Notes: a model not told the origin generated them from the sequence alone. DNA of 64,000 bases from an uncultured Anaerolinea sp. (GCA_964453115.1 CAYVRT010000012.1:33264-97263), one strand, 5' to 3'. Counted from the first letter of the stretch, positions 10,345-20,643 are shown. Numbers and translations are program-made.

Positions 10345-12330
10345 CTATACGGGGTGGGATGTGAGCATTTCAATGTAGTCTTGGGCGGTGGTTTCATCGG
10401 GCGAGGCGCCGAGCAACTGAATGAGTTCGACGACCAGGCGCGATTTGTCTTGGGCATCCTGTCGGCTCCAGGTGCGGCTTTTGATTTCCAGAAAGTGACC
10501 GAGTGCTGGTTTGTGGACGGTGTCTACATTGACGAAGAATTCAATCTCGTGATAGCGAATCAGGAATCGTTGCCGATCTTTTTCAATTTCGGCTTCACGC
10601 GAGGGTTGGAAGTATTCGCGATAGAAGCGCAGGCTTTGCAGCGCGTTTGCCAGGTAGCGGCTGCGTGAGAGCAGCACTTGTTGGGGGAAGTGTTGTTCAC
10701 GGGCTGGGCCGATGAGGGTGAGCCGGGAGCGGACATTGGTGACTTTGCCCGTGTTGGCAACAAAGTGATCTTCGCGGAAGCGCACATAGCCTTGTTGTGG
10801 GTCGTTGAAAGAAAGGTAGGTGTCATATTGGCGGTAGTGGCGTTTGCGGATGATTTCAATTTGCGGGTGATGCTGTAATGCATCCAGGATGGGTGCCGGG
10901 TCTTCGATGCGCACTTTGGCCTGCACTTCGTAGCTTTCTTCTTCGGTTGCGCCGCCAATCGCGATCAGTTTGGAGAGCAGCGATTGCTCACGCTGGATCA
11001 GGAATTGGTCAATGCGTTGGGCGTAGTTCCGGCCTTGCTCCAACAAGTCTTGTTCGTTGAGGGTGAGTAGTTTGTGCGAGCGCATCAGCCATTGTCCATT
11101 GACCATTACGTCGCTTACATCGCTTGATTTGGCTGCATAGACGATTTGGGCATAGGCGTTTTGGGGGTCGCGCTGGAAGCGCGGCGAATTGTGCAATGGG
11201 CTGACATCTACCAGGATTAAATCGGCGCGCTTTCCGGGTTGCAGCGAACCGGTTAGATGGCCGAGGTGCATGGCATTGGCGCCGATGCGGGTTGCCATTG
11301 CCAGGACGGTGCGGGCAGGCAGGGCGGTTGGGTCGCCGCTTGCGCCTTTGCCCAACAGGGCGGTGAGTCGGATTTCCTCAAACATGTCCAGGTCATTGTT
11401 GGAGGCCGGCCCATCGGTGCCGATGCCAACATTCAGCCCAAGTTCCAACATGCGTCGCACAGGTGCAATGCCAGAGGCAAGTTTGAGATTGGAGGTGGGG
11501 TTGTGGGCAATGCCAACATGGTGATGCTGCATGGTGCGCATTTCACCTTCGTCAATGTGGACACAATGTGCGGCGAGCACTTTGGCTTCGAGCAGGCCTT
11601 GTTTGCGCACGTAGGGAATGACCGGCATGCCTTGCTCATTGCGCATGTTCTCCACTTCCAGGGCGGTTTCGGATAGGTGTGTGTGGAGCGGAACATCAAA
11701 TTCAATTGCCAGTTCGGCGCAGGCGCGCAGGATTTCGGGTGTGCAGGTGTAGGGGGCGTGCGGGGCAACCCCAGGAACGATCAGGGGGTGACCTTTCCAG
11801 CGGCGAATGAAGTCGCGTGTGGCTGCCAGGGAATCTTCATAGAACTGTGCATCGGGGGTGGGAAATTTGAGGACAGTTTCGGCACACAGGGCGCGCATTC
11901 CGGCCTCGGCAGTGGCTTTGGCAATGTCTTCTTCGTAGTAATACATATCGGCAAAGCAGGTCACACCGCTGCGGATCATCTCGGCACAGGCCAGCAGGGT
12001 GCCAAGGCGGACGAAGTCAGGTGAGACGAATTCGCGCTCGACTGGCATCATGTAACCAAGCAGCCAGACATCCAAACGCAGGTCATCGGCCAGGCCGCGC
12101 AGCAGGGTCATGGGGACGTGGGTGTGGGCATTGATCAGACCGGGCATCAGCACCCTGCCGTTGCAATCCAGGGTGTGGGTGGCGGCAAAGGATTGTTGTA
12201 ATTCGGCAGATGGACCCACTGCAACGATTGAATCGCCGTGAATGGCGACTGCGCCGGGTTCATATTGATGAAATTCTTCATCCATTGTCAGGACGATGGC
12301 GTTGGTTAACAACCAATCAACAGTTTGCAT
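10345..12330 (-). CDS. amidohydrolase (MtaD/SAH-MTA deaminase-like) fused to a C-terminal CYTH-like domain
   Basis: The N-terminal ~430 aa carry PGLINAHTHVPMTLLRG, HLSET and GIGTDG metal-binding motifs. The C-terminal ~185 aa (10393-10941) have CYTH-like strands YEVQAKVRI and GHFLEIKSRTW. Confidence 0.7.
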   Translation of the reverse strand: MQTVDWLLTNAIVLTMDEEFHQYEPGAVAIHGDSIVAVGPSAELQQSFAATHTLDCNGRVLMPGLINAHTHVPMTLLRGLADDLRLDVWLLGYMMPVEREFVSPDFVRLGTLLACAEMIRSGVTCFADMYYYEEDIAKATAEAGMRALCAETVLKFPTPDAQFYEDSLAATRDFIRRWKGHPLIVPGVAPHAPYTCTPEILRACAELAIEFDVPLHTHLSETALEVENMRNEQGMPVIPYVRKQGLLEAKVLAAHCVHIDEGEMRTMQHHHVGIAHNPTSNLKLASGIAPVRRMLELGLNVGIGTDGPASNNDLDMFEEIRLTALLGKGASGDPTALPARTVLAMATRIGANAMHLGHLTGSLQPGKRADLILVDVSPLHNSPRFQRDPQNAYAQIVYAAKSSDVSDVMVNGQWLMRSHKLLTLNEQDLLEQGRNYAQRIDQFLIQREQSLLSKLIAIGGATEEESYEVQAKVRIEDPAPILDALQHHPQIEIIRKRHYRQYDTYLSFNDPQQGYVRFREDHFVANTGKVTNVRSRLTLIGPAREQHFPQQVLLSRSRYLANALQSLRFYREYFQPSREAEIEKDRQRFLIRYHEIEFFVNVDTVHKPALGHFLEIKSRTWSRQDAQDKSRLVVELIQLLGASPDETTAQDYIEMLTSHPV

Positions 12331-12342
12331 GGCATACCTCAA

Positions 12343-13473
12343 CTAAGGAGTGGATAAGAAACCGCGCCGTAGAAAATCGAGAGCGGTGTTGATGGCCCAG
12401 GTGGGGGCGAGAGCTGCGGGCCCACCATAGGAACGTTCATCGCAGAGGGTTGTTTGGTTCCCCTGCAGGGCAAGAAGCAAAGTTTGCTGCCATTGACCGG
12501 GGAAGAAGGCGGCAGCCAGGGTGAAAGTGGCCGGGATGTGTGTTGCGGCGGCGAGCAGGTCGGTTGCTGGCAGTGGGTCGGGGCGCTGAATAACCTGGGC
12601 GTTTGGCAGGGTCAGGTTGGGTGGGATGGGTAACCCACACAAGAGCAGAGCCGCAGTGGCGTTTTGAGCGCTGAGCGCAGCATTGATGACTTCAGCCAGG
12701 GTTTGCTCATTTTTCCCAAAGATGTGGTTGCCCATTCGTTGGCAAATTTCTGCGCTGAGCTGATTGAGCATGGCCTGAGCCTCGGCTTCTGAATCGGCTT
12801 TGGCAGTGATGCGAATATCAATGATGCCGGCATGGGCAGCAAGGCCAACAGTTGGGTTGGTGAGGGTTTCAAGGTCACCAATCCATTGGTCAACCTGCGA
12901 TTCGCCAACGCCAGCGCTATGCAGGGTGATGGATTGAATGATGCTGTGCAGGTCAAAGTGTTGGCGCAGGAGCGGGGCAACAGCCTTTTCGAGCAGATAT
13001 TCCATCTCGCGCGGCACGCCGGGCAAGCTGATGATGATGTTTTTGGGATTGTGATAGAAAAAGGCTGGAGCGGTGCCGACCGGGTTTTCAATGGGGATGG
13101 CACCTTGGGGAATGTAGGCCTGGCGGCGATTGTTCTCGGTTGGCTGACGGTGAAAACGTAGAAAGCGCTGTTGAACCTGTTCCCATAAATCGGGGCGGAA
13201 TTCAAGCGGGCGGCCAATGGCCTGGGCAATTGCCTGACGGGTTGGGTCATCTACGGTGGGGCCAAGCCCGCCGGTGGTGATGACGATGGGGCTGCGCTCG
13301 AATGCCTCTTGGATTGCCTGGGCAATGCGATTGGGATTATCCCCAATCAGAGTGGCACGGTACAGGTCAATCCCCAGGTCGCGCAGGAAGCGGGCCAGGT
13401 GGCGCGTGTTTGTATCCTGGATTTCTCCGAGCAGTAATTCCGTGCCAATGGCGATAATTTCAGCGCTGGGCAT
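12343..13473 (-). CDS. cinA: CinA-family competence/damage-inducible protein (MoCF-binding domain)
   Basis: AEIIAIGTELLLGEIQDTNTRHLARFLRDLGIDL and ITTGGLGPTVDDPT motifs. Confidence 0.8.
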   Translation of the reverse strand: MPSAEIIAIGTELLLGEIQDTNTRHLARFLRDLGIDLYRATLIGDNPNRIAQAIQEAFERSPIVITTGGLGPTVDDPTRQAIAQAIGRPLEFRPDLWEQVQQRFLRFHRQPTENNRRQAYIPQGAIPIENPVGTAPAFFYHNPKNIIISLPGVPREMEYLLEKAVAPLLRQHFDLHSIIQSITLHSAGVGESQVDQWIGDLETLTNPTVGLAAHAGIIDIRITAKADSEAEAQAMLNQLSAEICQRMGNHIFGKNEQTLAEVINAALSAQNATAALLLCGLPIPPNLTLPNAQVIQRPDPLPATDLLAAATHIPATFTLAAAFFPGQWQQTLLLALQGNQTTLCDERSYGGPAALAPTWAINTALDFLRRGFLSTP

Positions 13474-13487
13474 AGGCCAGGCAGGTC

Positions 13488-14003
13488 TCAGGCCTTCTCT
13501 TTGTTGCGACGGGTAAATTGTTGTGAGAGTAGGGCCTCGCGAATGCGCAAATCGGAATTGCGGATTTTTTGTGCCAGGTCGGCAGCCAGGTTGAAGAGGA
13601 CACGGTAGCCAAGCTGTGGGTTGGTCTCGCAGAGATCAAGCAGGCGCTGGCGGGCAATGCGTAACATACGCGTATTGCGCAGCGAGCAGCGCACGCTGGC
13701 TGAGCGAACGCCTTGATCAACGAGTGCGATTTCACCAAAAGATTGGCCGCGCCGCAGGATGGAGACGATGTGTGGCTCGGTTGTGGTTGTTTGACGGGTT
13801 TGCACTAGGCTGGGGTCAATCAGTACCTCGGCTTCGCCGCGTAGAATCAGGTATAGCTCATCTTCGCGCGAGCTTTCGGCAACAATTACAGTTCCTTTGT
13901 CGTAGTCCACAACTTCACAAATGGCTTCGACCTGTTCCAATTGTTCCTGTGTCAGGTTGTAGAACAGTTCAGTTTCCTTAAGAAAATTGATGTATTTGCC
14001 CAT
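13488..14003 (-). CDS. stand-alone cyclic-nucleotide-binding domain protein
   Basis: The internal ATG at 14003 gives 171 aa with ELYLILRGEAEV and FGEIALVDQGVRSASV cNMP-binding motifs. No HTH domain follows. Confidence 0.7.
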   Translation of the reverse strand: MGKYINFLKETELFYNLTQEQLEQVEAICEVVDYDKGTVIVAESSREDELYLILRGEAEVLIDPSLVQTRQTTTTEPHIVSILRRGQSFGEIALVDQGVRSASVRCSLRNTRMLRIARQRLLDLCETNPQLGYRVLFNLAADLAQKIRNSDLRIREALLSQQFTRRNKEKA

Positions 14004-14095
14004 ACTGCCTCCAGTACTGATAAGTTTAACATGAAACTGTAAAAAGCGGGGTGGGAAAATGGAGTTTTCTTTGTTGAACGGGTATAATTGCGGCG

Positions 14096-14455
14096 ATGAA
14101 ACGCTGGAATCAACGGATTGGTGCATGGGGCGAGACAGTTGCTGCGGCGCATTTGCAGGCGCAGGGGCTGGAGGTGTTGGCACACAATGTGCGCACGCCA
14201 TATGGTGAATTGGATTTGGTAGCCCGCGAAGGGCAGACACTGGTTTTTGTTGAGGTGAAGGCGCGCTCCAATGTGCGTTTGGGGTATCCAGAGGAGGGGG
14301 TTGGGGCAGCTAAGCAGCAGCATTTGCTTGCGGCCATTGAGGCCTATTTGCTTGACCAGCCTTGGGCTGGGGATTGGCGCGTGGATGTGGTGGCTGTGGT
14401 GGGGCGTCCGGGCGAAATTCCACAAGTGGAGTGGTTTCGGAATGCGTTTTCTTGA
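14096..14455 (+). CDS. yraN: YraN-family (UPF0102) endonuclease-like protein
   Basis: 119 aa with GETVAAAHLQAQGLEVLAHNVRTPYGELDLVAREGQTLVFVEVKAR, the family pattern. Confidence 0.8.
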   Translation: MKRWNQRIGAWGETVAAAHLQAQGLEVLAHNVRTPYGELDLVAREGQTLVFVEVKARSNVRLGYPEEGVGAAKQQHLLAAIEAYLLDQPWAGDWRVDVVAVVGRPGEIPQVEWFRNAFS

Positions 14456-15389
14456 TCATCCGCGCCGATTGCTGGTTCTGATTGGCCCAACAGCTGTGGG
14501 CAAGACAGAGGCCGCACTGCACCTGGCTGAGCAGTTGAACGGTGAGGTGGTTTCGGCTGATTCGCGATTGTTTTACCGTGGGATGGATATTGGCACGGCC
14601 AAGCCAACGGTAGAAGAACGGCGGCGGGTGGTGCATCATTTGATTGATGTGGCAGACCCTGGCGAGACATGGAGCTTAGCCGTCTTTCAGCAGGCGGCTG
14701 CGGCTGTCATTGCCGAAATTCAGCAGCGCGGACGGCTGCCGATGTTGGTGGGTGGGACAGGGCAGTATGTTCGGGCTGTGGTTGAGGCCTGGCAACCGCC
14801 GGCCATTTCGCCCAACCTGGCGCTGCGAGCAGCCTTGGAGGCCTGGGCGGCAGAAATTGGCGCACCGGCATTGCATGCCCGGCTGCAACGGCTGGATGCG
14901 GCAGCAGCGGAGCGGATTGAGCCAAATAACCTGCGCCGGACGGTGCGGGCGCTGGAGGTCATTTTTTGTACAGGTATTCGTTTTTCGGCCCAAAGACAGC
15001 GTAGCGTTTCGCCCTATGCCGGGTTGCAAATGGGGCTGTGCCGTCCGCGCTCTGAATTGTATGAGCGAGTGGATCGGCGGATTGATCAGATGCTGGCCGA
15101 TGGCCTGGTGGATGAGGTGCGTGGATTGCTCGCGGCGGGTTGTTCTGCCGATTGGCCGACCTTTTCGGCGATTGGGTATCGTGAGATGGCGGCTTTTTTG
15201 GCCGGACGGATGACACTGGAGCAGGCCGTGGTTGAGATGAGGCGCCTGACACGGCAGTTTGTGCGCCGACAGGCAAATTGGTTCAAGGCCGGTGACCCGG
15301 CGATTCGCTGGTTTGCTGCTGGGCCGCAGGTGGTGGAGGAGATGGTGCAATTTGTGATGCAGGCGGAGGTGGCGGATGACGGTGGTTGA
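14442..15389 (+). CDS. miaA: tRNA dimethylallyltransferase
   Basis: The ATG at 14442 gives LLVLIGPTAVGKTEAALHLAEQLNGEVVSADSRLFYRGMDIGTAKP (P-loop and MiaA motifs). The tracked ORF is extended 57 codons upstream through yraN. Confidence 0.9.
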   Translation: MRFLDHPRRLLVLIGPTAVGKTEAALHLAEQLNGEVVSADSRLFYRGMDIGTAKPTVEERRRVVHHLIDVADPGETWSLAVFQQAAAAVIAEIQQRGRLPMLVGGTGQYVRAVVEAWQPPAISPNLALRAALEAWAAEIGAPALHARLQRLDAAAAERIEPNNLRRTVRALEVIFCTGIRFSAQRQRSVSPYAGLQMGLCRPRSELYERVDRRIDQMLADGLVDEVRGLLAAGCSADWPTFSAIGYREMAAFLAGRMTLEQAVVEMRRLTRQFVRRQANWFKAGDPAIRWFAAGPQVVEEMVQFVMQAEVADDGG

Positions 15390-17034
15390 GCGACCCTGGT
15401 TGAAGATGTATGATGCGGCGGTGATGCGTCAGGACATGGATTACTACCCACAGCAGCCGTTGTTTCACTTTTTGCGTCAGGCCGCGGGGCGGTATCCGCA
15501 GCAGGTGGCGTTGCGGTTTGGTAAAGCAACACTGAGGTACGCAGTTTTGGAACAGCTGACACAGCGTTTGGCCGATGGCCTGGTGCAGGCTGGTGTGAGG
15601 CCGGGTGAACGGGTGGGGGTGATGATGCCGAACTTGCCGCAATTTGTGCTGTCCTATTATGCTGTGTTGAAAGCTGGTGGCGTGGTTGTGGCTTGCAATC
15701 CGGCTTATCGGCGGCGCGAATTGGCGCATCAATTGCGGGATGCTGGTGTGCAGCGGCTGATTGGGCTGCGCGAGGACGCTGCAATCATTGCTGAGGCTGG
15801 AGAAGAGGTCGGGCTGCAAGAGGTGATTTGGAGTGAGATGCAGGATGCCTTTGACCTGGAAGGCTGGTTAACCCTCTCTCCGCAGCTTTTGCCATCAGGC
15901 GAACGAACCTTGCGAGCGGTTTTGCAGGCTGGACGTTTGGAGGCCGAACTGCCAATGGTCACGGGGGAGGATGCAGCCGTGTTGCAATATACAGGAGGAA
16001 CGACCGGGCAGCCCAAGGGCGCAATTGGCCTGCACCGCAACCTGGTGGCGAATACATTGCAATTTCAACGCTGGCTGCATGGGATGCAGGAAGGTGCTGA
16101 GGTGGTGCTATGTGCCATTCCATTGTTTCATGTCTATGGGATGGTGATAGCAATGAATATGGGGGTGGCATTGGCGGCAACCCTGGTGCTGTTCCCGAAC
16201 CCGCGCGATGTGGTTGGGCTGCTGGAAGAAATTCAGCAGCACCGGGTCACTTTATTCCCTGGTGTGCCAACCTTGTATCAAATGATCAATAACTGCTCGC
16301 AGGTGGGCGCGTATGATTTGCGCTCGATTAAGGCCTGCATTTCTGGTTCGGCTCCACTCTCGCCTGAGACGAAGCGGGTTTTTGAGGCATTGACCGGTGG
16401 AAAGTTATTGGAAGGGTATGGCCTTTCGGAGGCGCCGACTGCGACGCATTGTAATCCGTATCAGGGCGAGAACCGCACCGGCTCCATTGGTCTACCGCTG
16501 CCGGGTGTGGATTGTCGGATTGTGGTTGGTGAGGATGAACAAGATGCCGCGATTGGCGAGGCGGGCGAGTTGTGGGTGCGCGGGCCGCAGGTGATGGCCG
16601 GGTATCAGGGGCAGGCTGAGGAGAGCGCAGCTGCGCTGCGCGATGGATGGCTGCATACGGGCGATGTGGCGTGTATGGATTCGCAGGGCTATTTTTATTT
16701 GGTGGGGCGCAAAAAGGAATTGATTAAGGTCAGCGGCTATCAGGTTTGGCCGAATGAGGTGGAAGAGGTGTTGCGACGGCATCCGGCGGTGCGCGATGTG
16801 GGGGTGGCTGGGGTGCCGGATGTGCAGCGCGGTGAGCGGGTGAAGGCCTGGGTGGTGCTGAAAGACGGGCAATTGGCTGGGGAAGAGGAATTGCTGGTCT
16901 GGTGTCGGGCTGAACTGGCGTATTATAAACTGCCGGTGGATTGGGCATTTGTTGAGGCCCTGCCGCGCAGTACGGTTGGAAAGCTGTTGCGCCGTGAACT
17001 GCTGCGTTGGCATTTGGAGGGGAATCGGGAATAA
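15376..17034 (+). CDS. AMP-dependent acyl-CoA synthetase/ligase (FadD-like)
   Basis: AMP-binding motifs LQYTGGTTGQPKGA, GYGLSEA, TGDV and a C-terminal GKLLRREL. Confidence 0.85.
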   Translation: MTVVERPWLKMYDAAVMRQDMDYYPQQPLFHFLRQAAGRYPQQVALRFGKATLRYAVLEQLTQRLADGLVQAGVRPGERVGVMMPNLPQFVLSYYAVLKAGGVVVACNPAYRRRELAHQLRDAGVQRLIGLREDAAIIAEAGEEVGLQEVIWSEMQDAFDLEGWLTLSPQLLPSGERTLRAVLQAGRLEAELPMVTGEDAAVLQYTGGTTGQPKGAIGLHRNLVANTLQFQRWLHGMQEGAEVVLCAIPLFHVYGMVIAMNMGVALAATLVLFPNPRDVVGLLEEIQQHRVTLFPGVPTLYQMINNCSQVGAYDLRSIKACISGSAPLSPETKRVFEALTGGKLLEGYGLSEAPTATHCNPYQGENRTGSIGLPLPGVDCRIVVGEDEQDAAIGEAGELWVRGPQVMAGYQGQAEESAAALRDGWLHTGDVACMDSQGYFYLVGRKKELIKVSGYQVWPNEVEEVLRRHPAVRDVGVAGVPDVQRGERVKAWVVLKDGQLAGEEELLVWCRAELAYYKLPVDWAFVEALPRSTVGKLLRRELLRWHLEGNRE

Positions 17035-17083
17035 AAAATTCACCCCGCCATCATCTGGCGGGGTGAGAAAATGAGCGGGAAAG

Positions 17084-18940
17084 TCAGGGTTGGAGCGGTG
17101 AAGGGGTGCCGGTCTTTTTGGGCTGTGGGGGTGGGAAGATGCGTTCAAATTCTTCGCGCGAGAGCGTTTCCACTTCCAGTAGTTTGTTGGCAATTGCATC
17201 CAACTCGGTGCGATAGGTGTTGAGGATTTGGCGTGCCTGGTTGTAGGATTCGTTAACCAGACGGCGTACTTCCTGATCAATTCGCTCGGCAACCGATTCG
17301 GAGTAATCACGCTGTTCGGCAATTTCGCGCCCGAGGAAGATTAATTCTTCTTTTTGACCGTAGACCATTGGGCCAAGCGCTTCGCTCATGCCCAGTCGGG
17401 TGACCATGGCGCGAGCAATTTGGGTAACGCGTTCGATATCATTTGAAGCACCAGAGGTGATGTCATCGAAGACGATTTCTTCGGCGGCGCGCCCGCCCAG
17501 CAGGCTCACCATTTCGGCCAGAATCTTCTTGCGCGACATGAGTGTGCGTTCTTCCTGCGGCAGCGACATGGTGTAGCCGCCAGCCATACCTCGGGCTATG
17601 ATTGAAACTTTGTGAACGGGGTTGGCTTCGGGGAGGGCATTCATCACAACGGCATGGCCGGCTTCGTGATAGGCAACAATTCGTTTTTCTTCAACGCTAA
17701 TCAGCCGGCTCTTGCGTTCTGGCCCAGCAATGACACGTTCAATCGCCTCTTCAAATTCGGCCTGGGTGATGCTTTTCTTGTTGCGGCGGGCAGCCAGGAT
17801 GGCGGCCTCGTTGACCAGGTTTTCAATATCGGCCCCAACAAAGCCGGGGGTGGCACGCGCCAGAATGCCCAAATCAACTTCGGGCGCAAGCGGCTTGCCT
17901 TTGACATGCACTTTGAGGATTGCCTCTCGCCCACGCATATCGGGACGGTCAAGGACGACGCGGCGGTCGAAACGACCGGGGCGCAGCAGGGCTGGGTCGA
18001 GAATATCGGGGCGATTGGTGGCGGCCATGATGATGATATTGGTGTCCGTATCGAAGCCATCCATTTCAACCAGCATTTGGTTGAGGGTTTGCTCGCGCTC
18101 ATCGTGGCTGCCGCCCAGGCCGGCCCCGCGCTGACGGCCCACAGCATCAATTTCATCTACGAAGATGATGCAGGGGGAGTGCCGCTTGGCCTGGTCGAAC
18201 AGGTCGCGTACACGGCTGGCGCCTACGCCGACAAACATTTCAACAAATTCCGAGCCGGAGATGGAGAAGAAAGGCACACCGGCCTCGCCGGAGACGGCCT
18301 TTGCCAGGAGGGTTTTCCCGGTGCCGGGTGGGCCAACAAGCAGAACGCCTTTGGGAATTCGGGCGCCGAGGGCGATGAATTTTTGCGGCTCGCGCAGGAA
18401 TTCGACAACTTCTTTTAGCTCTTCTTTCGATTCGTCAATTCCGGCGACATCGGCAAAGGTGACGGTTGGATGATCGCCGCTGAACATGCGGGCGCGCGAT
18501 TTTCCAAATGAGATGGCGGAATTGTTGCTACCTTGCGCCTGACGGAAGATGAAGAAGAAAGCGCCAACCAGAATCAGCAGAGGCAGAATGTAGCCAAGGG
18601 CCGTCAGGACATTTGGCCAGGCACTGGGTGGGGAAATCTTCAGCTTCAGATTGGCAGGAGCAAGCTCCTCCGGGAGGACGCCGAGATCGAGCAATTGTTT
18701 GACGAGTGTTTCGCCGACCTCTTTGTTCGAGCGGCCTTGGCTTCCGTCTTTATAGGTGATTTCAAGGCGGTTTTCTTTTTCCTCAATGGCAGCAACTTTG
18801 CCTTGCTGGATTTGTTGCGCCAACTCGTTGAGATTGACATCTTGTGTGCCGCTGCGGGGATTGAAGCTGAAAATGGCAAACACAACAATGGCAATTAACA
18901 GGAGCAGGTAAATCAGGTACGATTGGTTGCGTGCGTTCAC
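17084..18940 (-). CDS. ftsH: ATP-dependent zinc metalloprotease FtsH
   Basis: Walker [14 protein letters not shown], Walker [13 protein letters not shown] region, HEAGH zinc motif, N-terminal TM. GTG start at 18940 preceded by GGAGG. Confidence 0.95.
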   Translation of the reverse strand: MNARNQSYLIYLLLLIAIVVFAIFSFNPRSGTQDVNLNELAQQIQQGKVAAIEEKENRLEITYKDGSQGRSNKEVGETLVKQLLDLGVLPEELAPANLKLKISPPSAWPNVLTALGYILPLLILVGAFFFIFRQAQGSNNSAISFGKSRARMFSGDHPTVTFADVAGIDESKEELKEVVEFLREPQKFIALGARIPKGVLLVGPPGTGKTLLAKAVSGEAGVPFFSISGSEFVEMFVGVGASRVRDLFDQAKRHSPCIIFVDEIDAVGRQRGAGLGGSHDEREQTLNQMLVEMDGFDTDTNIIIMAATNRPDILDPALLRPGRFDRRVVLDRPDMRGREAILKVHVKGKPLAPEVDLGILARATPGFVGADIENLVNEAAILAARRNKKSITQAEFEEAIERVIAGPERKSRLISVEEKRIVAYHEAGHAVVMNALPEANPVHKVSIIARGMAGGYTMSLPQEERTLMSRKKILAEMVSLLGGRAAEEIVFDDITSGASNDIERVTQIARAMVTRLGMSEALGPMVYGQKEELIFLGREIAEQRDYSESVAERIDQEVRRLVNESYNQARQILNTYRTELDAIANKLLEVETLSREEFERIFPPPQPKKTGTPSPLQP

Positions 18941-19010
18941 GAATACCTCCAGGGTTCGCTAACCATGCTTTGTGAGAAATGGCATGGAATTCTTGGTTCA
19001 ATTTACAAAG

Positions 19011-19019
19011 ATTATACCA
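19011..19019 (-). promoter_or_regulatory. candidate extended -10 element (TGGTATAAT) upstream of ftsH
   Basis: The reverse complement of 19011-19019 reads TGGTATAAT, about 70 nt upstream of the ftsH start. There is no good -35. Confidence 0.4.
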
Positions 19020-19096
19020 ATCTCCCTGCTTTGCTTCCAGTTTTTGGAGAAGGAAATGGGCGAATCTTATACAACTCTTATTGGCGAAATGCTGTT

Positions 19097-20308
19097 TCAA
19101 ATCGGCTGAGTTTGCAACAGAGCCAGGGCTTGCTGCAAGTGGTTGCGGTCGTGCTGCAAAATGAAGAGTGAAAGCTCAAGCATTGTGGTTGGGCCAAAGA
19201 TGGCGTGTCGGGCGGGGCGTTTCCAATCTTCGGGTTGAAGGGTTTGCAACCAGGCGCTGAGGGTTGTGCGCTGTTCGGAAAACTGACGTAAGGCAAGCAG
19301 TCCATTTTGTGCTTGATAATTGCGCTCGCTTGCCCACACATCGCTGACGATACCGGCAAGGAAGGGGTTCTGTTCGGCCAGGACTTTTTGCAGGCGGGGC
19401 AGGTTGACTTCAACATCCAGGTCGCGTAGGTGATAGATGATCTCGGTCAGGCTCCATTCGTTGGCAGCTGGGCGATGCTGCCATGCCTGGGCGGAAAGAC
19501 CAGCGCACAGGCTATCCAGAGCGGCAGGGATGGCCTTGAGCAGCGGGGGGACGGTGCGGCGCGAGTCGAAGGCTGGTTTTTCGGCCTGTTCTTCAACGAT
19601 TTCGAGCCAGGCAGGAATTTGTTCCAGCGAGCCTGACCCGCTGATGGCGCCGCTGGTTGGGGCTGGAACGGTGCTTTGGTCTTTGTTGAGGTAGAAGGTG
19701 GAAAATTGCAACCGGGCAGTGGGGAGAATGTCATCCGACAGGTTGTTGCCGATCATGACAAAGCGGTCTTCAGGCCAGCCAAGTTGGGCTAGAATTTCAC
19801 AATAATAGGCCGGGTTGGGCTTGCAGAAGTGGAAGGTTTCGTAGGAGCTGATGAGGGCAAAGGGGTAGGCGTCTGGGCGCAGGCCGGCCCAATCCAGTCG
19901 CTGCAGGATGGCAGTGCGAGGGAAGAGCGGGTTTGTGGCAATGACAACACGATAGCCGCGCTGAAAGGCCTGTTCAACCAGGCGGATGGCAGCAGGGCGC
20001 GGTTGGGTGAGGGAGCGCAAGCCGGGGAACTGTGTGGCGTAGAATTCGGCGATGCGGTCAGAGAGTGCTTCTTTCTCCAGTCCCAGTGGGGTGTAGAAGT
20101 TGGCGTCAAAAGTATCTTGCAGGGTGCCGAGAGCTGTGTCCTTGCTCAGCATGGCATGAACTGCTTTTGACATTTGGTGCAGCATGGCGTCGGGAGCGAC
20201 AAATTGGCGCAGGAATTCGGCCAGGCGCTGTAAATAGACCTTTTGAAACTGGTCTATGTCGTTGGAGAGCAGGGTATCATCCAGGTCGAGCAGGAGGGTG
20301 AGGGTCAT
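19097..20308 (-). CDS. HAD-superfamily hydrolase fused to a DinB-like domain
   Basis: N-terminal LLLDLDDTLL (HAD motif I) and IGNNLSDDI (motif IV-like). The C-terminal ~150 aa are a DinB-type four-helix region (WSLTEIIYHLRD ... HDRNHLQQA). The ATG at 20308 forms an ATGA overlap with the upstream gene's stop. Confidence 0.65.
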   Translation of the reverse strand: MTLTLLLDLDDTLLSNDIDQFQKVYLQRLAEFLRQFVAPDAMLHQMSKAVHAMLSKDTALGTLQDTFDANFYTPLGLEKEALSDRIAEFYATQFPGLRSLTQPRPAAIRLVEQAFQRGYRVVIATNPLFPRTAILQRLDWAGLRPDAYPFALISSYETFHFCKPNPAYYCEILAQLGWPEDRFVMIGNNLSDDILPTARLQFSTFYLNKDQSTVPAPTSGAISGSGSLEQIPAWLEIVEEQAEKPAFDSRRTVPPLLKAIPAALDSLCAGLSAQAWQHRPAANEWSLTEIIYHLRDLDVEVNLPRLQKVLAEQNPFLAGIVSDVWASERNYQAQNGLLALRQFSEQRTTLSAWLQTLQPEDWKRPARHAIFGPTTMLELSLFILQHDRNHLQQALALLQTQPI

Positions 20309-20643
20309 GAGTTGTTTTTGTTGAAGGACGGAGGCAGGGGGTGGCATTCACCGCAGCCAATTTCAGGTTGGGTGACGCGTTGGAGTGTTTTTTTGCAAAC
20401 AGCAACAATTTTGACATGTCGTTTGCCCAGGCCCAAAAAGCCGCGCTCGATGTGAGCATCCAGGACGAGGTTAGGGCAGGCATTGGCGCGCAAAATGCCC
20501 GGTACCGGGCAGGTCTTACAGAGGTCAGCCGTCCATTGGTTGGCAGCCCCGCGATTTTCAAGCAGGCGGCATTCTTCCAGGTCGCGCCCACGGTGATAAT
20601 CGCCATAAAAATACGGGCATTCAAAACCAGCAGGAGTGCGCAT
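20305..20643 (-). CDS. small Cys-rich hypothetical protein
   Basis: 112 aa with 8 Cys (ECPYF, CKTCPVPG, ACPN, CGEC). Codon usage resembles its neighbours. It is translationally coupled (ATGA) to the HAD-DinB gene. Confidence 0.55.
   Translation of the reverse strand: MRTPAGFECPYFYGDYHRGRDLEECRLLENRGAANQWTADLCKTCPVPGILRANACPNLVLDAHIERGFLGLGKRHVKIVAVCKKTLQRVTQPEIGCGECHPLPPSFNKNNS

Noticed and set aside
14083-14088. TATAAT box 7 nt upstream of the yraN ATG, suggesting a leaderless transcript
   Set aside because: There is no acceptable -35 or TGn extension at the right spacing. A single hexamer match is expected by chance in a 90-nt AT-richer intergenic region.
16492-17322. 276-aa ORF spanning the acyl-CoA synthetase 3' end and the ftsH 3' end
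   Set aside because: It is antisense to one well-supported gene and out of frame with another. The translation is a Pro/His/Arg-rich junk sequence.
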